NCBI RefSeq assembly: GCF_902713615.1 | Contig: NC_052161.1 | Location: forward strand, 42,545,908-42,609,907 | DNA: 64,000 nt | Origin: Scyliorhinus canicula | Taxonomy: Eukaryota | Reading direction: 5' to 3' | The notes under the pieces: model-generated | Databases searched by the model: none | Seen by the model: the letters and a program-made list of their open reading frames with translations, nothing else | What the model was told of the DNA's origin: nothing | Part shown: in pieces, positions 60,085-64,000 of the stretch | Layout: each line of letters starts with the position of its first letter | Numbering within the stretch: position 1 is the stretch's first letter | Position numbers and translations under genes: made by a program

Positions 60085-61090
60085 TATGGGTGTCTCCTTA
60101 ATTAGGAGTGTTTGGTATGGGGTGGTGGGAGAGGGTTGGTCACCTTCATACTGTGGGAGGGGGACACAGAAAATCCTGGTGGTGGGGAGTGGGGGGGGGC
60201 TGAACTGCATTGCAGGGGGAAGGAGGGCCCAGCTGCCGGACCTTGCTATCGAGATAACCTCTAAAATGGCAGCCCAGTAGCAGGATTCCCTTGGGAATCC
60301 CTTACAATCTTCACCATGCATAAATTTGTATGGCTAAGGATTAGGATTTGCTTCCCGATTTGCGCTCCCAGTGTGAGTGCAAATTAGCTGCAATTCAGCT
60401 CCGGCGGGGGAACATAGAGCGGGATTCTCCACTTGCCGACGCTGATTTCGTAATCGCCGATCGGTCGGAGAATCCCTTTTTACGACTGAATCGGGGCGGT
60501 GCCTGTTTTCGAATGTTCCGCCCTCTCCAAAACAGGGAGTACGCCGCGTGCCATTGGGACGGCCTCAGGACGTTACCTGCAGGTCCTCCCCGATGCTCCG
60601 CTCCTGATTGGCCGAATTCCCGACAGCGTGGGATGCATGTGCTCTCTGTTTTCAGGAACCTCATGTGGCGGCTGTGGTCTGAGTCCAACACCGCCATTGT
60701 TGGGTGTTAGCCATGACGCTGGCCGGTGGGGGGGCTTCGGCGAGGGCTACGGGGGTTGGTGGAGCTAATCCAGGGTGGCGAGGGGGTTACAGGGGAGCAC
60801 CACCTGGCAGGTTGTGTCAGAGCGTGGCCGCGCCATGCTGTGCGGCGTGATCACTGCAGGTCATTGTCGTGCGTATGCGCGGCCACTGATCCAGCCATTC
60901 TCCGGCCATTTTTGGCATGGTAGTCGGGAGTTCTACCCGGCGCAGCTGCTAGCCCCTCACCGGTCCTGGAATCGGTGAGGGTTAGGCACCGATTTTGGCA
61001 TCGTAAAACCTACAGTTCCCACTCCGGCGTTGGCATTTACCGCAGAATCGGAGAATCCAGCCCATAATCTCCGAAACGGAGACCCCAGAC
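60085..61090 (-). mobile_element. Harbinger-type host element (family G) containing a nested MITE
   Basis: Reverse complement aligns with 28685-28712 + 29587-29780. Confidence 0.65.
60417..61063 (-). mobile_element. Harbinger MITE family D (nested)
   Basis: TIR GAGCGGGATTCTCC/GGAGAATCCAGCCC; TSD ATA (60414-60416, 61064-61066). Confidence 0.85.
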
Positions 61091-61683
61091 ACTATTTCTG
61101 TGAACTAATGCAGCAATTAGCAACCGTTGATGTTCATGAACTACAACGTCTGCCTAAACAGTCAATGCTCCAGGATCCCTGCCTGAAGATTTGAAGATGC
61201 TGTATTTTACTCAATGGCACAGCAGTTCTTCATCTTGTGCGTGATTGTCCTCTGTTCTGCTGGCAATCACTGAGAATAATTTTAAACTCTGCTTTCGACT
61301 CCAATTCCCAATAGCTAATTCTGAAATCTGGAATCAGATTCAAAAAGTTACAGCTAGGTTGGACTTGTTGAAGAGGAACTTATGTTTATTCAAGTTTATG
61401 AGAGTGTAACTAACAGGGTAGACAATGGGAACCAACTGATGTGGTATATATAGATTTTCAGAAGGCATTCAATCAGATGGCACACGAGTGGTTATTTCAC
61501 AAAACAAAGTCCCATAGGATTAGTGATACGGAATAGCTAATAGACAGAATACAGTAGAAATAAATGGGTCATTTTCAGGATGGCAGAGTGTAACGAGTGG
61601 AGTTATGCAACATCAGTGCTGGGACCTCAGCATACAAACATATGTCCAAGATTAAGGGATTGGGTATAAATGTATCCAGGTTT

Positions 61684-63009
61684 TGTAGCCATCTGGGATG
61701 GCCACTTACAAAGGAAACATGAGTATGTGCAAAGACTCAAGGGAAATATGGCCAATACAGGATTCGGGCAAACTCAGAGCCTCAATGTATATTTGCTAAC
61801 AGAGAACCAGACAGTATCGAAACCCCTAGCCGATTTACATTCTAATGACCCATTTCCCCAGGGCAAAGGACTGGTACTCGGGTATCAGATACAATTTCAG
61901 ACACATTGGCGCCACTCCCTTCATCCAGGAAGCCCAAACAGCCAAGGTCAATAACCACTCAGGACACGTCCAGCCATCAAGGCACCCGCCCCTTTATTGG
62001 CTCAAATCGAAGGCAGTAATCAAAGCCTGCTGAATTATTGGGTCCAAAGTTAAGGACCGCCCAAAAGAGCGCAAAACCCCAAAGGATAAAGAGAGACACT
62101 GCCATGTGTTCGCTCACTTTTGGCCCTGGCACACCAGCACTCTTCGGCCTGGCCTATACCTGCAGCACCACGACCAGAAGCAAGTTCAAGATCAGGACAA
62201 TGCACCTTTCTGAACAAGAGCTGTTCTCTTCATACGTGACTCACTGAATCCCAAATCGACACAAATTGAATTTAGTGCTGTTGCAACCATCCCGTTAATG
62301 TACATATGGTTATTTGATGCCCATTTGGTGCAAAGTACATTACTGCTGATCTAGAAATCTGATAACCATTTTGTAACAAAAATATTGACCATCAGAATTC
62401 TACCAAATTTGAGAGATCATCAAATTATCTTTATAAAGCTATTGTCACTGTTTGAAAACCTAGCATTGACTACCTTAAAACCTCAGTTTCAACAGGGTAG
62501 CAAGTACTTGGTACACTACTATTAACTCCGATTCATATCATACTAGCCTTACTGGCTAGTATGCAAGTACCAGACGGATGAGCCCAACAGAACCGAAGTT
62601 ACTTCTCCAGACCCAGCCACTCCAGATCCGAACAAAGGCCTTGTTCCTCTGTCAAAGCCGGGTGCCTGAAGTTAAGTACAGGTTGTTATAGTGTTAGGTA
62701 TAATTTAACTTGTGGTGTTTTTATGTTGCATGTGTGAGTTAATCTTGTGTGTAAATAAACTATTATTGAACTTGAACTAACTGATTGATTGTTGGGTCTT
62801 TGATCGATATCCGGGTGAACCTTGTGATGGTATCATTTCATACCTGGCGACTCTGAACGCAATATCCTCATTAATAATGGTCAGACTAATATCTGACTAA
62901 AGTAGACACCCCAGGAAGAGTAACATTATTGGCATCTCCGGTGCCGATTGGCAACATTATTGGTGACGCTGGTGGGATAGTATCCCACTCAGTCTTAAAA
63001 AGGGCAACA
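61684..63009 (+). mobile_element. Solo LTR / LTR-element remnant
   Basis: TGTAGCC...GGCAACA termini; perfect 4-bp TSD GTTT (61680-61683, 63010-63013); AATAAA near 62754. Confidence 0.8.
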
Positions 63010-63342
63010 GTTTGACGATTATACAAAGCTTGGTGGCAAAGTGCACTGTGAGGAGGATTCAAAGAGGCTGCAAAAGGGCGAGAGATCAGTTAAATGATTG
63101 TGCATAAAGCACTGCTGGAGTACAATGTGGGGAAGTGTGAAATTATCAAAAGCAAGACTATACTTTAAAAGCAGTGAAGCTGGTAAGTGTTATCACTCAG
63201 TGATTTGGATATCCTTGTGCACGAATAAGAGAATGTGAACATGCATACATGGCAATTAGGGAAAGAGCAAGAACATCGGGCTGCAACATACATAGGGCTG
63301 TGGTGAGATCACACCTGCAGCATTAGGTATTATTTTGGTCTC

Positions 63343-63647
63343 AATACAATACAATAATCTTTATTGTCCCAAGTAGGCTTACATTAACACTGCAATAAAG
63401 TTACTGTGAAAACCTCCTAGTCGCCACACTCCGGCACCTGTTCGGGTACATTGAGGGAGAATTCAGAATGTCCAATTCACCTAACAACCACCTCTTTTGG
63501 GATTGTGGGAGGAAACTGGAGCACCCAGAGGAAACCCATGCAGACAGGTGGAGAATGTACAGACTCCACACAGACAGTGACCCAAGCCGGGAATCAAACA
63601 TGGGACCCTGATGCTGTGAAGCAACAGTGCTAACCACGGTGCTACCA
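63343..63647 (-). mobile_element. V-SINE variant with (TATTG)n tail
   Basis: tRNA head + V-domain; tail GCGACTAGG..TTTTCACAGTAACT..CAATAA also present alone at 59013-59090 (+). Confidence 0.85.
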
Positions 63648-64000
63648 TTCTGCCTTTACCGAAGTAAAGATATTCTTGTTTCTGAGGTGCTCCAACTTTG
63701 CGGTTCATTAGGTTGCTTCCTGGAATGATAGGGGCTTTCTCATAGAGGAGGGATTGAATAGGATAGGTCCATTCTCAGCAGGAGGTCATGTGCTGCAATG
63801 GATGGCATCCCTCCCTCTGAGCCAGAAGCCTTGGTTTTGAGGCCCACCTCAGGACCTGACGGCCAAGGATGGTGCAGTGATAGCACAGCCAACAGGTTGA
63901 GTGTCAACCTGAAAATCCTTCCAACATACTAATGGCAGGTGGTAAGAGCAGGAGTGACGGCTGGTCAGCCATGCTTGGTCTGGAGTATCGCCATCAAGCT

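Larger units (their letters stand above)
61370..63780 (+). mobile_element. Old CR1 RT remnant interrupted by a solo LTR and a SINE
   Basis: DVVYIDFQKAF (61438), SVLGP (61614), SRF|..TKLGG across the LTR, YNVGKCEI (63121), VRSHLQH (63303). Confidence 0.7.

Noticed and set aside
62539-62570. Helitron 3' end
   Set aside because: The hairpin is not followed by a CTRR terminus.

Overview
Eukaryotic (vertebrate) DNA, almost certainly from an elasmobranch (shark, catshark-like), judged from the HE1/V-SINE, DeuSINE, CR1 and Penelope repeat content. I could not identify any host protein-coding exon, so the window looks like a gene desert or a large intron dominated by transposable elements. It contains two copies of one Ty3/Gypsy lineage (1-2609 +; 48424-52046 -), an older gutted Gypsy, two solo LTRs, several CR1 LINEs, a Rex1/Babar LINE, Penelope remnants (one with a hammerhead ribozyme motif) and many SINEs. 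It also holds a PIF/Harbinger system: a transposase remnant, a spliced Myb/SANT gene remnant, and more than 15 GC-rich non-autonomous elements with GGGCGGGATTCTCC-type TIRs and 3-bp TSDs. Most short ORFs in the supplied track are artefacts of these GC-rich repeats. The most notable observations are: (1) the Gypsy lineage has no tRNA primer-binding site and instead has a perfect 16-bp leader complementary to the LTR poly(A)-signal region, plus a YLDN rather than YxDD RT motif; (2) two different Harbinger MITEs inserted independently at the same nucleotide of a host MITE; (3) a 1.26-kb fold-back MITE captured 51 bp of its own flank. All boundaries were read by eye and are approximate unless a TSD is quoted.
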